Source: Narcine bancroftii
Lineage: Eukaryota
Reading direction: 5' to 3'
DNA: 64,000 nt
NCBI RefSeq assembly: GCF_036971445.1
Contig: NC_091478.1
Span: 91,512,001 to 91,576,000 of the forward strand
Part shown: positions 27,066 to 39,099 of the stretch, piece after piece
Numbering within the stretch: the first letter of the stretch is position 1
How the letters are laid out: each line of letters opens with the position of its first letter
Made by a program: the position numbers and the translations under genes
Notes under the pieces: generated by a model
What the model was told of the DNA's origin: nothing
What the model saw: only the letters and a program-made list of their open reading frames with translations
Database searches by the model: none

Positions 27066-27939
27066 GTTCTTCTGGAGAAAGTCACAGAATTGCAAAAGGG
27101 TGACGTCAGTTATCTAAATATGAAAATGAGAATCTTAAAAATGAAGCATCAGGAGTCAAATATAAGGTGAACAAGATTCGGCTTGAATTCAGCTGCAGGC
27201 ACCAATGTTTTGGATGATTGAAATTCATGTAGGCCAGAAGAGAGCTTTGGAATAGTCAAGTTAGAACATAACACTGTTGTGAATGAGCATTGACCACATT
27301 GAAGAGCAAAGGTAGGAGGTAGAAAGAGATGATACTATGGAGGCAGTTATTGTCAGGATCTCAGATCACAGTCAAATTAGAAGCACAAATTGCAGACACA
27401 GTGATCAGGGAATCAAAGACAATGACCTGGCTTAACTTGGGGAAATTTTGATTTAGAGAAGTACAGGTTTCTCCAAGCAGTCAAACAAGATCAGAAACAC
27501 TAAGGTGATGAGGCAGAAATGGATACACGAGGTCCTTGAAGCGGAGTACATGAAAAGAAACGAAGGCACCAACTAGATCTTGGTGCATCACCTGCGTATC
27601 ATAGTTTTAAGAATCAGTCACCTCAACCGGCGTGGACTTGAAAGGCCGAAATGGCCTGTTTCCATGCCATAAACTGTTATTGGGAAGTCACACTTCAAAT
27701 GACTGAGCAAAAAAACAATAGCCTGAAAAACAAATATCCAATTTTCAGATGCAAGCTTGAAAAGAAAAATAGCAGTAAAGAATCAGAAGCTAGCCTCTCA
27801 ATTCTTCACATTGTAGGAACAGTCAATATTACCCCAACTGTGCAATTTGCAGAACAAATTAGTCAATTGAAAGAAGGGTTTTATGGAGAGAAATAATAAT
27901 TTGGCCCATAAATGATGGAGGGCGTGTGTCTGTGTGAGT

Positions 27940-29460
27940 GAGTTAGCATCCCACCTTGCAGACTGCTGAACTCCTGTCCCAGTTGGCTGCCATCGTCGTC
28001 GAGGCGGCCGCGACCGAGCCGGTGGCTGCGTTCGAACTCCTGTCCATGATTCTCTGGATCTCGAGCAATTCCTGCCTCAGGACCTGCTTCTGGTGGAAGG
28101 TGAAGGAAGGGTGGTTGGAAGCCATGGTGAACAAGAGCAGGAATTCGTCCCCAGTGCTGTCGTGGAGCTGAAGGCCGTAGTTGTTGATGAGGGAATCGAT
28201 GTGGGTCAGGGTGCGGTACAAGACCCCAGATGCCTCCCTGTTGTCGGAGCAGAGCAAGGCCAGGGAGACGATGAGTTTGCTGCGGACGACTTCGTCCGTC
28301 ATGTTGGTCAAACTGGCGAGGTCAGCCACGTTGTTGGCCTTGATCTCGGAGTCCCTGAGAGAATGGTAGTCCTTCTTGGCCAAGTCCTCCAGGCAGGAGC
28401 CCAGAAAGCGGAGCTCCAGGGGGATACAGAGGTCGAGCAGTCCGCAGATGAAGTCCACTCTCTGCGAGGAATTCAGCTCGCCGAACCAACGGTAGACCTC
28501 ATCCCGCTGGAGCTGCTTCTGCATCATCTTCACTCACCGGGCCGGGCAGGGCCGGGCCGGGTCTCTCCCCCACACCCCCCCCCCTCCTCTCCCTCAGGAA
28601 TATTAAAGGACGAGGCCAACTTTCAGCTCCGCCGCATTTTGTTTCTTTGTCGATCTTGTTCGGGGGGGGGGTTTCCGCTTGGATTTGGGAGAGGAGGAAG
28701 ATGTACTTTTCCTTCAGCTGAGGAGCCGTTTATTGGCTCGGTTCACGGCCACCCGGTTCCGCTGAAGACCATTCGTGCTCTCCTTTCCTTCCCCCCCTCC
28801 CTCCCCTTTCCTCTGCCTCCCTTCGCTGAGATGAATCGCTGGCGACCTCCAGCCGTGACGCGCACGGTTTCTGACAGCGGGCTTCTTGTCTCCTGGCCGG
28901 GAGCGGCTCGCGCCACCCGCGCGCTCCGGCGGCCCGCCTGGCGGTCACGCGCGCTGGCTGGCTGGCTGTTGGCTCGGCTCCGGCCGTTAAAAAAAAATTC
29001 ATCCCCCCCCCCCTCCTCCTCTGACGTCGTCTCCGCCTCGCCCCGCCCCTCCCTCCTCCTCTGACGTCGTCCCCGCCCTCCCTCCAAACGCGCCCACCCA
29101 TTGGCCCGGCTCGAACTGTCCATCATCCGCGGCTCAGCGACGTCATCCAGCCCTCGCTTCCCAGCGGCGACTTTTGTGTTTTCTTTTAAATCTTTTTTTT
29201 CGCTCCTTCCCGATTTAAAAAGTCAACGCCAAGTCCGTGCGGCTTTTCGCCCTCGAGTTCTTCCACCAAGCCCGGCCGACAGAAGTCCTGCCTTCAGCCT
29301 CTCCGGTCGCTTTATTGCTGAACAGCGCTGTCAATGACACCCCCTCCCCCCCCCCCCAAAAAAAAACTTTGCAAAGACTTTGGGCTGGGATCGGCCGCCG
29401 GAGAACGCATTGACCAGGCCGAAGTTCCTTGAAGTTTGTGCGGCTCCATTTACATTCGGG
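27940..29460 (-). promoter_or_regulatory. CpG island / promoter and 5'UTR of ZCCHC14
   Basis: Sharp GC/CpG enrichment against an AT-rich background. GC boxes (ccccgccc) at 29041 and 29071, CCAAT on the minus strand at 29100-29104, and TGACGTCG CRE-like sites at 29022, 29062 and 29138 (minus). Confidence 0.85.
27955..28527 (-). CDS. ZCCHC14: ZCCHC14 coding exon 1
   Basis: MMQKQLQRDEVYRWF..QRVDFICGLLDLCIPLELRFLGSCLEDLAKKDYHSLRDSEIKANN..FTMASNHPSFTFHQKQVLRQEL matches the ZCCHC14 N-terminus as I recall it. ATG at 28527; ends TGC AAG|GTGGGA (phase 0, 573 nt). The JPH3 neighbour supports ZCCHC14 over its paralog ZCCHC2. Confidence 0.95.
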
Positions 29461-29797
29461 GAAGCTCTTTACGTAATGCTTCGCAAATAGAGGCTAACTC
29501 ATGAAGAATGTCGGCAGGCTGGCCAAGTCTATCACAAACTGAAATATGATCTTGATATTTAAAAAGTAGGGAAAAGTGAAATAACCCGATTCTTCTCGTC
29601 TTTGAAATAATACTCCTGTTTTGGCGAAGGGCGTTGGGACTTTACCAACCCGATTCCAGGACCCTGTGCCATATTCACTGTGTGTGTGTGGGGGGGGGGG
29701 GGGGGGGGGGAATAAACAACACCAGCATTGAAATTACATGGGAAATCATTTATTGTCAATATTGGTGGTCGCTGAACAAAAAAAAACCAGACGATTC

Positions 29798-29959
29798 CAG
29801 AACTTCCTCAAAGTTTATTCCAGCAAATATGCTCTTTCAGAACTTCCTCAAAGTTTATTCCAACAGATACGTTCTTTCAGAACTTGCTCAAAGTTTATTC
29901 CAACAGATACGCTCTTTCAGAACTTCCTCAAAGTTTATTCCAACAGATGTGCTCTTTCA
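29798..29959. repeat. 40-bp minisatellite, 4 copies
   Basis: CAGAACTTCCTCAAAGTTTATTCCAACAGATACGCTCTTT at 29798, 29838, 29878 and 29918. Confidence 0.97.
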
Positions 29960-30669
29960 CTTGGAAATCGACAGGACGTTGGTGGTTTCTTATGTCACAT
30001 CCCTCTTCGCTGGGTGCGGGTTCAAAAAGTGCCTCTTTATTCTCTCGGGAGTGGACAGAAAATACGCCATATGCAGTTTTGTAGGGGTTTCTCTCAACGA
30101 TCGGAAGAAAAATAGAATACTGCAACACGGCTCGTTTATCTTCGGCTACATTACATCGACTTGCATCAGCTTTGGCTGATGGTGGCGTTTTGAATTCTGC
30201 CCACCCATGCCCTGAGGCTTGGAATAATGAGAAAGGGCTTGTTTTTTCTTTTGGACATGCTGCTCTTTGAATGAAACATTCTCCACTGGATTCTCAATTG
30301 AGAATAAAATATTGCATTGCAGTTTGAAGAAACCCATCAGTATAGTAGCCAATTTTTATTTTCAAGCCAGCACCAGGCCATTTATTTCATTGCTGTGTGC
30401 ATGAAACCCCACGATACGCCAATTATTTGCTTTGTTTCCTGCAATACAATAATGAAAGTACTTCAAAAGTATTTTGACTCCAGCGCATTTTGAATTATCT
30501 AAGTTTCTCAAAAACACTAATAGCTTAGACTCTAACATTTGTGCAATCTTCATGAAAATGAATCATAAATGCAGGTTGTTTCACGAGTTCCGAACAGGTT
30601 GTGAGGTGCTGAAAGATGTTACATGACGGCAATTTTTCTTCAAGTTATAGCAGGAGTTGTACTCAACCT

Positions 30670-32350
30670 TATTTCAAGGATTGAGGATGGGCAAGTGGTG
30701 GAAGTATTTACAGAGGAACCTTTTGCAAACAGTGACCATATTTTGGAAAGTTTCAAGGAACTCGTGGAAAATGGTAAGGTTCGATCTCGAGTTAAGATCT
30801 TAAATTGAGGGAGGGCTGACTTTATTAGCATGAGACAGGACCTATTGAAAGTAGATTGAGAGCTGTTGCCTGAAGGGAAAATACCTTCCATCTGTGAGAG
30901 ATGATACTTGTCAGTGACAACCCCAACCAACCAATTTTCCCCTGCAACCGTGTCTGCCTGTCCCGCATCGGACTTGTCAGCCACAAACGAGCCTGCCGCT
31001 GACGTGGACATTTACCCCTCCATAAATCTTCGTCTGCGAAGCCAAGCCAAAGAGAAGAGTAAGAGTTCAGAGTCAACATTTCCATGTAAGAAGCAAAGAT
31101 AATAGGATTAGGGAACCTTGGTTAACAAAAGAAATTGAAAGTTGATCAGAAAAAAAGGAAATATATGCCAGTTGTGGGAAGTTATCAAGTGGGTCGGTCA
31201 AGGTTTATAGATGGTATAAGAGAGATCTTAAGAAAGCAATTAGAAAGCCAGAAAGGGAATAGGAAATGACACTGGCCGCAGAATTTTTTTTTAATGACAA
31301 AATCTTCTATGAGAAGCAATAGGTGAGAGAAAGACCAAAAGTCTTTGGTTAAAGCCAGAGTGGTGACCTGAGTAAATATTTTGTATTAGTCCTCATGGGG
31401 GAGAAGGATGAATTAGGGGAGGTGTATGCTGATAATTTGGAACATGTGTATCAGGAAAAAGAAAGTATCAGAGATATTCTTTGGCTTGGCTTCGCGGACA
31501 AAGATTTATGGAGGGGTAAATGTCCACGTCAGCTGCAGGCTCGTTTGTGGCTGACAAGTCCGATGCGGGACAGGCAGACATGACAAATCCCCAAGGCCTA
31601 ATAAAAATCTATTCCAGAGGTTATGGTAAGCAAAGGAGATGAATGGGCTCAACATTACCCATGGGCGAGGTACCAAAGACTGGAGAGTCACTAATGTTGT
31701 TCCTAGACTAAAGAATTGTGGTAGGGTTAAGCCAGGAAACTGCATACTGGTGAGCCTTTCAACAGTTATAGTGAAACTATAAAATGAGGTTGGGATTTGG
31801 GATCACTTGGATATGCAGGGACTTATAAAGAGGAGTGAATATGGTTCTGTGCATGGAAAATTCTGCTTCACAAATTTGATTTGAGCTTTTCGAGTGGGTT
31901 ACTGATCCATTTGATGAAGGCAAAGCAGTAGGCATGAATTTTAGCAAGGTGTTTGATAAGGTCCTGCGTGGCAGGCTGTCCAAATCGTTGAGGTTCAAAG
32001 TATTTTGCAAACTACAATTACCCTTGTGATAGGATGGAGCTTTCGTTAAAAGGCAACATTGGAAAGTCTGGGATTGCTGTCACTGGCAGTGAGGAAACTA
32101 AGGGGTTAGGGTCATAAAATTACAAAACACAGAATGGATATTCAGTTTCTATCAAAAGGTAGTGTGTCCAAAACCAGAGGGCACAGGTTTAAGGGGAAAT
32201 ATTTAAAGGAGATCTTTGGGGCAAGGATTTTCAGAGGCTCATGAAAATATTGAACAAGATAGAGGCAGCTTAACCAAAAAAAGCATTTTGATAGGTATAT
32301 GGATGGAAAATGAATACAGGGATATGGGAAAAATGTAGCGAAATGGGATC
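30670..32350 (+). mobile_element. Decayed CR1 carrying two RTE 3'-end insertions (about 30917-31058 plus, 31477-31580 minus)
   Basis: CR1 motifs (EEPFANSDHI; ttttagcaaggtgtttgataaggtc). The RTE tails are near-identical to 23280-23384. Confidence 0.75.
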
Positions 32351-32399
32351 AACAGATAGGCAACAAAGACACGATTCCCCTTGACCCAACTAGCCTCTG

Positions 32400-33250
32400 C
32401 ATCCAACATATTATCCTTCACAATTTCCATCACTTAACAAGATGATTCCACCATCAGGCACATCTTCCCTTTTCCTCCACTCTCCACCTTCCTTACGAAT
32501 GGCTCCCTCTGTGACTCCCTCGTCCATTCATCCCTTCCCACATATCGCCCCCTTGGTACTTACCCCTGTGACCACAGGAAGGGCAGCATTTGCCCACACC
32601 TTCCGCGCCACCATTTGAGGTTCAAAATTTTCCTTTTAAGCAACACTTCATTTGTGAATCTGCAGGGGTCATTTGCTGCATCTGGTGCTCCCTTGTGGCC
32701 TTCACTGCATCGGAGACTGGACACAGTCTGGGAGATCATTTCGCTAAATATCTTGCTCTGTCCACAACAATGACAGGGATATCCAAGTGGTCAACCATTT
32801 CAATTCTGCTCCACACTCCCACATGGATATGTCTGTCCATGGCCTCATGCACTGCCAAACCAAGGCCACCCGTAATTTGGAGTTGCAACACCTCATCTGG
32901 GCATTCTCAAATGGATGGCAGTGACATTGAGTTCTCCAGTATCCATTGGGGCACTCCCTGTCTCCATTTTTTTCCCATCTCTCAGTCTATTCCTCCTACT
33001 CTCCATCTTCTTCCCATTCCATTCAAAGACCAATCCCCTCCTCTATCACTTCTCAGCTTTTTTTCACGTGCCCTTCCACCCATATCCACCTATGTCCTAT
33101 TGCCAGTGACCCTATACTTCTCACCTGCCCCTCCCCCAAGAGTTTGCTCACACCTTGATGAAGGGTTGACCCGAAACATTGGTTGTCTTTGCTACACGAT
33201 GCTGGGTGACTTTGATTTCTCCAGCATTTCTGTGTAAATATAATCACAAT
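32400..33250 (+). mobile_element. Penelope-like element 3' part
   Basis: KQHFICESAGVICCIWCS..ETGHSLGDHFAKYL (GIY-YIG region), then the terminal module ttgatgaagggttgacccgaaac...tttctccagcatttctgtgt. Confidence 0.75.
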
Positions 33251-33328
33251 GTCTTAAGATTTTCTTGTTTCACCCCATCTTGGTATGAATGAATTGAATT
33301 GAAGGACCTGTTTCCAGGCAATTTAACT

Positions 33329-33910
33329 TGATACGAGCCCAAAGGACCCCAAAACCCAGCAGCAATAGATATTCACCACGACAAATGGTTACTTAAACAA
33401 AAGTTGTTTTTAATTATCTTTAAACATGAAATAGAATCAAACTTTAACTTATCTCTATTACTTAACTAATCCAAATTAACCCCCTTCTAATTCTAAGCGC
33501 ACATGTATGATGTGTGTGTTAATTTAAGAAAAGTTCTTTTGTTCACATTTCAATCTCACTTCTCATTCTTACAAGTTCACTGGTTGCAAGCAATTCTTAT
33601 ACTGTGCACAGAATTTAACATGTTTAAAGTTCACCAGGCTAGCGTGCTTGAAAGGTAAATGTTTACTGCTCAGGAAGGTTCTTTGGAGGTTTGCAGAGAG
33701 AGAGATTTGTTGTTCCAGGATTTCCCAACTGAGGTACCACCATTAGTCATCTCAATGTCTTGCTGATGAAACTTGTCCCATCAGGGTTCTCCAGATGATA
33801 ACTTCTTTCTTTCAGGCTTTAACAGAGTTCCTTTCTATTCCTCGTATTCCAAGAGAAAGCTCTGGAGCTTTCTGTTTCAATTCCAACAAGCTTCCTGCTT
33901 GCTTCAGCTG

Positions 33911-33947
<37 letters not shown>

Positions 33948-34339
33948 ATCTTCCAACTGCTAGAAAGTCCATGTGACTCTCTCACTTGCAAAACCCTTCC
34001 ACCTTATCCAGCAAACAATAGAAGTTAGTCTTTTGCTCCCATCTGTTGTCTTAGGTAAACAAAACTCCTCAGTATTGACCTTTCTGTGCACTTTGCAAAA
34101 AGGTCAGAAGCCTTGTAAAAATGTTCAACACAGACAACCTGTCTTCAGTCGATTCATTTGATGACATCATTTCATTTAGCAGCTACTTGTGAAATGTGCA
34201 TAGCATTCTCCATAGTTTCTATAAAGTCCATTGAATATGAATTCTTCAGTATTTCAAATAAGATCTATTTTAAAATGTGTGTATGTATGTAACCTACTCT
34301 AATTTTACCAGTTATCTCCCAAATATATATTCCATTACA
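33329..34339 (-). mobile_element. Solo LTR (1011 bp) with a perfect 4-bp TSD
   Basis: TG...CA termini; AACT on both sides (33325-33328 and 34340-34343); internal (CT)n; homologous to the copies at 3742 and 62403. Strand inferred from an ATTAAA on the minus strand. Confidence 0.85.
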
Positions 34340-34530
34340 AACTCTATAAAATCAACTGTAGTTCCCTGCTCATATATATAAATGCTGATACAATAATTGT
34401 TTCAGGCAGAAAATTCCACATTCTAATTATCTCCCTTAAAAAAGATAATTTTACAAAAGAGTAATAGCCTATATACTTTCAACATTAAAAGAAGGAGCAA
34501 TGATCAAAACATGGAAAAGAAGAAGATACA

Positions 34531-35948
34531 TAGAGCCACACAATTAAGGTATTTATCATATTTTTACCAGACAAAGGAAAAACCAGACTGGACTAAGATA
34601 AAACTAGATAAAATAGGGGAGAAGGTACCGGAACATATACTTTATAAATGGGATGAAAAGCTGGTGCAATATAAAAGCTCACCAGTATTGCATCATTTAC
34701 TTAATATATGGAAGAAGATCCACTTAGAAAGGAAAAAAACGAATTATCAAACACCAAAATTTTTATTGACACAAAACCCACTAATCCCTTTTACAATAGA
34801 TAACCTTTCCTTTAGAGAATGGGAGAGAAAAGGAATTAAAAAAATAGAAAATTGTTTTTTGGGAAATAATTTATTAACATTTGAACAGTTGAAGCACAAA
34901 TATGGAATAACTCATGGTACAATGTTTGCATATCATCAACTGAAAGGTTATTTAAAGGATAAATTGGGAAACAGACTGAGATTACCAGAAGGAAGCAGCT
35001 TTGAATATGTGATTACAGACACAATGCTAATTAAAAGATTTATAACGAACATGTACATTCAGCTGCAAGATAAGGAAAAGGATGAAATAAGCTATAAACC
35101 TAAACAAAAGTGGGAAAAGGATTTAAACATAAAGATAAAAAATGAAGCATGAAAAAAGTTATGTTCTGGAACTATGAAGAATATAATAAATACAAGGTTA
35201 CACATGATACAGTATAATTGGTTACACAGGTTATATATCATGCCTCAAAAGTTAAAAGAATGGGATCCAACATTATCAGAGAGATGTTTTCGGTGTAAGG
35301 AAATGGGAACAACAATACATGCAATTAGGGCATGTCAGAAAGTGAAATGTTTTGGGAAGATCTAAATCAGATATTAAATAAAATCACAAAAAATAACATA
35401 CCAAAAGATCCAGAGATCTTTCTTCTAAGTAATATAAGAAGTAAGGAATTAGGCCTCAAATTGGATAAAGCGCAAAAAAAAATTATTATGATAGCCTTAG
35501 CAGTTGCAAAAAAATGTCAACTTTGAAAATGGAGGAGAGCCTGAGAATATAGCAATGGTACATGCAAATGAATAAATGTATTCCATTGGAAAAAATAACA
35601 TTTAATTAAAAAAATAAAGTCACATTATTTGAACAAATTTGGGAACCATACATGGAACCTAACAGAGAGGGCTTGCCTCGGACCTCCACCCCCTAAAATG
35701 ATAAGAAGACATAACGATGTGATCCAGTGTGTAAAAGTAGATGACACATTTTTCTTGTTTATTTTTCATTGTGTGAAGACATTGTTTAATGGTTTTATTG
35801 TATTGTATATGTTGAATATTTATTAGTTTTGGAGGGTGGGGGGGGAGGGAGAAAATGCCACTGTGTATATTTAATGAGAAACGTTTGTATATATTTTGGT
35901 TGATATGGTTTACAGTGTGAAAAGTTAAAAAAAATTTAAAAAAAAGAA
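34531..35948 (+). mobile_element. 5'-truncated L1-like LINE, same family as 19258-22403
   Basis: ORF2 C-terminus (QYNWLHRLYIMPQKLKEWDPTLSERCFRCKEMGTTIHAI; KDPEIFLLSNIRSKELGLKL), polyA, and TSD AAGAAGATACA at 34520-34530 and 35949-35959. Confidence 0.88.
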
Positions 35949-36089
35949 AAGAAGATACAATAACAAATAAATTACTAGAAATTTAAAAAATAATTGTAGG
36001 AGTTTCCAAAGCTATGTAAAAAGAGAAAAGAGTGGCAAAAATAATAATGAGTTCCTTGGAAACAAAAGCAGGCAGACATGAGAGAAATG

Positions 36090-37690
36090 TCAAGTTTACA
36101 ATGTACAAATACAACCCGACGAAACACCATTCTCTGGTCCTCGGTGCAAAACATGCAGACACGCAACCAGACATAACACACATACAGACAAGTAATGCAG
36201 ATGCAGGACAACTATTTTATCTATAAAAATAAATAAATGTAGTTTTATACAAATGAGAGACATGGACGGTTAGTGTGAGTAGTTCTTTGGTTTGGTATTC
36301 TCACTGCTTGTGGGAAAAAGCTGTTCCTCAGCCAGGTGGTGTTGGCTCTGATACTCCTGTATCTCTTCACTGACAGAAACGGCTGAAAAATGTTGCATGT
36401 AGGGTGGAAGGGGTCCTCAATGATTTTACACTGCTTCTTCAGACAATGATCCTGGTAGATCATGTTGAATGGGGGTGGGGGGAGGGAGAAGGGAGACTCC
36501 AGTAATCCTCTCTGCCACTCTTATGGTCCTGTGGATTGACCTCCAAACCATTTTTCTCCAGCAACCATACCACACTGTGATACAGGCGGCCAGGATGCTC
36601 GATAGAGCACCTATGGAAGGTTGACATAATGGTGGCCAGTAGCCGCACCAGTGACTGCACTTCAGTCTTCTCAGGAAGTACAGTCACTGTTGCCCCTTCC
36701 TGATAAGTGAGATGTTGAGTGTCCACAATAGGTCACTAGTTGAGTGAACTCCGAGGAACTTGGTGGTCTCCACTCTCTCTACTACAGAATTGTTGATGTG
36801 TAGTGGAGGGTGGTCATTCTTGGTCCTCCTGAAGTCCTCGATCATCTCCTTCGTCTTGTCCACATTGAAGCTCAGGTTATTCTCACACCATTTCCTGATA
36901 TTTTATACCTCTTCTCTGTGGTGCGACTCATCATTGTTGCTGATGGGGCCAACTACCGTTGTGTCATCTGCAAACTTGATGACACTGTTGGAGCTAGATC
37001 TGCTGATGCAGTCATAGGTCAGTGTGAACAGGAGTGGGCTGAGCACACAGCCCTGAGGTGTGCTAGAGCTCAGCATGACAGTGCTCGGTATTCTACTACC
37101 AACCCAGACAGACTGTGGTCTTTCCATTACCAAGTCCAGGATCCAATTACAGAGCAAGGTGTTGAGTCTCAGCAAAGACAGCTTCTCCACCAGCCTCTGG
37201 GGTATGATCATATTAAACGTCGAGCTGAAATCAATGAACTGGCACCATTCTCCTGGTGGACTAGGATGGAATGAAGCGACAAGGCTATAGCATCATCTGT
37301 GGAATGGTTTTTCTATAGGCTAATTGAGACAAGCTTTGTGCATTCCATCACCAGATGCTTGAAGCATTTCATAATGGTGGAGGTCAGTGCCACAGTCATT
37401 GAGGCCTGTTGTTGTCACCCTCTTGGTTACTGGGATGATGGTGCCTGACTTGAATCCTGCAAGAACGATGAACTGCTGCAGTGAGGTGTTAAAGATGTCC
37501 ATGTAGACTCCCCTTCAATTGGTCCACGCAGTCCTTCAGTTCCCAACCAAGTACGTTGTCTGGCTCCGCCGCCTTGTGTGGGTTCACCTTAAATAGGTTT
37601 CTCCTCACCTTGGCCATGGCGATGCAGGGGCACACGGAACTTTGGCATCATCCTGTTCTTCTTATCAAACTGTGCATAGATGTTCAGTCT
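36090..37690 (-). mobile_element. Rex1/Babar LINE
   Basis: [54 protein letters not shown]; KRYRSIRANTTWLRNSFFPQAVR. Confidence 0.88.
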
Positions 37691-37982
37691 GTGAATATGA
37701 ATAGAAAGTTAGAATTGTATAATGAAGATAAAATATTGACTGACAAATGTAATGGCAGTTTTGAACATGTACTTAGCAAAGAAAGTAGTGAGAAACCAGC
37801 AGACAAAAGGGTGTCGTAACAGAATGGTTAAATCATTGGACCAGCTGCCAGAAGCCTGAACTGTTAAATCCAAAGACACAAGATTCAATCCCAAATAACA
37901 CTTTAGCATTTAAGTTCAAGAAAAGTAATTAAATAAAATCTGGATTAAAAAAAAATTAAAGCTATGAAATTGTGTAAGGCCA

Positions 37983-38732
37983 CACTGGCGTCACTAAGGG
38001 GGTTTGGGTGGGGATACAGACAGCACTGGGGTGACACCAAAATGACTTGTCTATAAAATTTTTTTGTTCAGTGTTTCAGCAGAAATTTATTATTGTTTTA
38101 AAAAAATAGCCCTGTCGTTAGATATAACAAAAGCATTTGTGTAAGGCCAGTTTACATGTATCAATATACCTACAAGGCTAAAATTCGATGCTAATTTACT
38201 TTTTGAACCTTCTAATGCGCTCCAGTCAGAGCTGCCATTATTTCCCAATGACAATGGTGCTTTGAATCACGTGGTTTTGTCTGCACGCGCTACAAGCATA
38301 CGCTGTTGTTTTTGTTGCTGCTGGTGTTTTTATAATCGCTGCTTTTGTCCAATTTTCTAGTGTCTTAGCTACAATATTGCGGTAATAAGTATATGTGAAC
38401 CTATATCGATAACTTTTTTGAGAATGAAGTAGTAATTAAAGGAAAAAGAGAAAAATAAAAAAAAAGGCTTCCACTCAGTTCCTAAAAATGTTGCAACTAA
38501 TAATGTTGTAATTCAATGTAGAAAGATTTTACGAAACTATTTTGTTTAGAATTCATATAATCCAATCAATATTACATTTAAGCAATTTACAAATAGAGTG
38601 ATATACAGGAATCATGATTTACACGTAACAGGAGTATAAAAAAAATGACTAAGGATTCTGTGTGGTCTCTTACAGGAGGAGGTTCATGGAGAGGGGTGGG
38701 GAGTGACTGACCCAACCCTAGTGACGCCACTG
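37983..38732. mobile_element. Non-autonomous hAT-like DNA transposon (about 750 bp)
   Basis: TIRs CACTGGCGTCACTAAGGG and CCCTAGTGACGCCACTG; 8-bp flanks taaggcca/gagggcct are only partly matching. Confidence 0.7.
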
Positions 38733-39099
38733 GAGGGCCTTGCTGAACTATTTGGCCTTGGGTAAAATGCCAAAGGTCCGGCTGATGGCCTGCATGCTAC
38801 TGACCACACTTTTGGTTTATTAAAGGATATGGAGTCACCAACAAGATGGCAGCGTGGAGTGTTGCAGAGCCAAAAGACAGTTAAAGCAGATGTATGTTCA
38901 GCATTCTCCAGCTTTAATGAAACTATACAGGGAGACCTCTTTTTAATAATGACTGAATAATCGTGCCATATATTGCATGTATTATCTTCCCAGACTAAGC
39001 TTCATCTCCACTCAATAGGTAATGAGTTAATTATAGAGCCTCAACTAACTCGGAAGGAACCATTATTTCTACCCTTGTTGCCAACCTGCGATCCTGGTT

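Noticed and set aside
28093-29064. 323-aa plus-strand ORF, and the other overlapping ORFs in the CpG island
   Set aside because: Antisense shadow of ZCCHC14 exon 1 plus GC-rich stop-poor sequence; low complexity, no recognisable domain.
29798-29959. CRISPR-like appearance of the 40-bp repeats
   Set aside because: The units are contiguous with no unique spacers, there are no cas genes, and the context is eukaryotic.
29634-30179. 181-aa and 125-aa ORFs
   Set aside because: They arise from the 40-bp minisatellite read in rotating frames.
34511-35152. 213-aa ORF as a host gene
   Set aside because: It is an L1 ORF2 C-terminal fragment bounded by a TSD and polyA.
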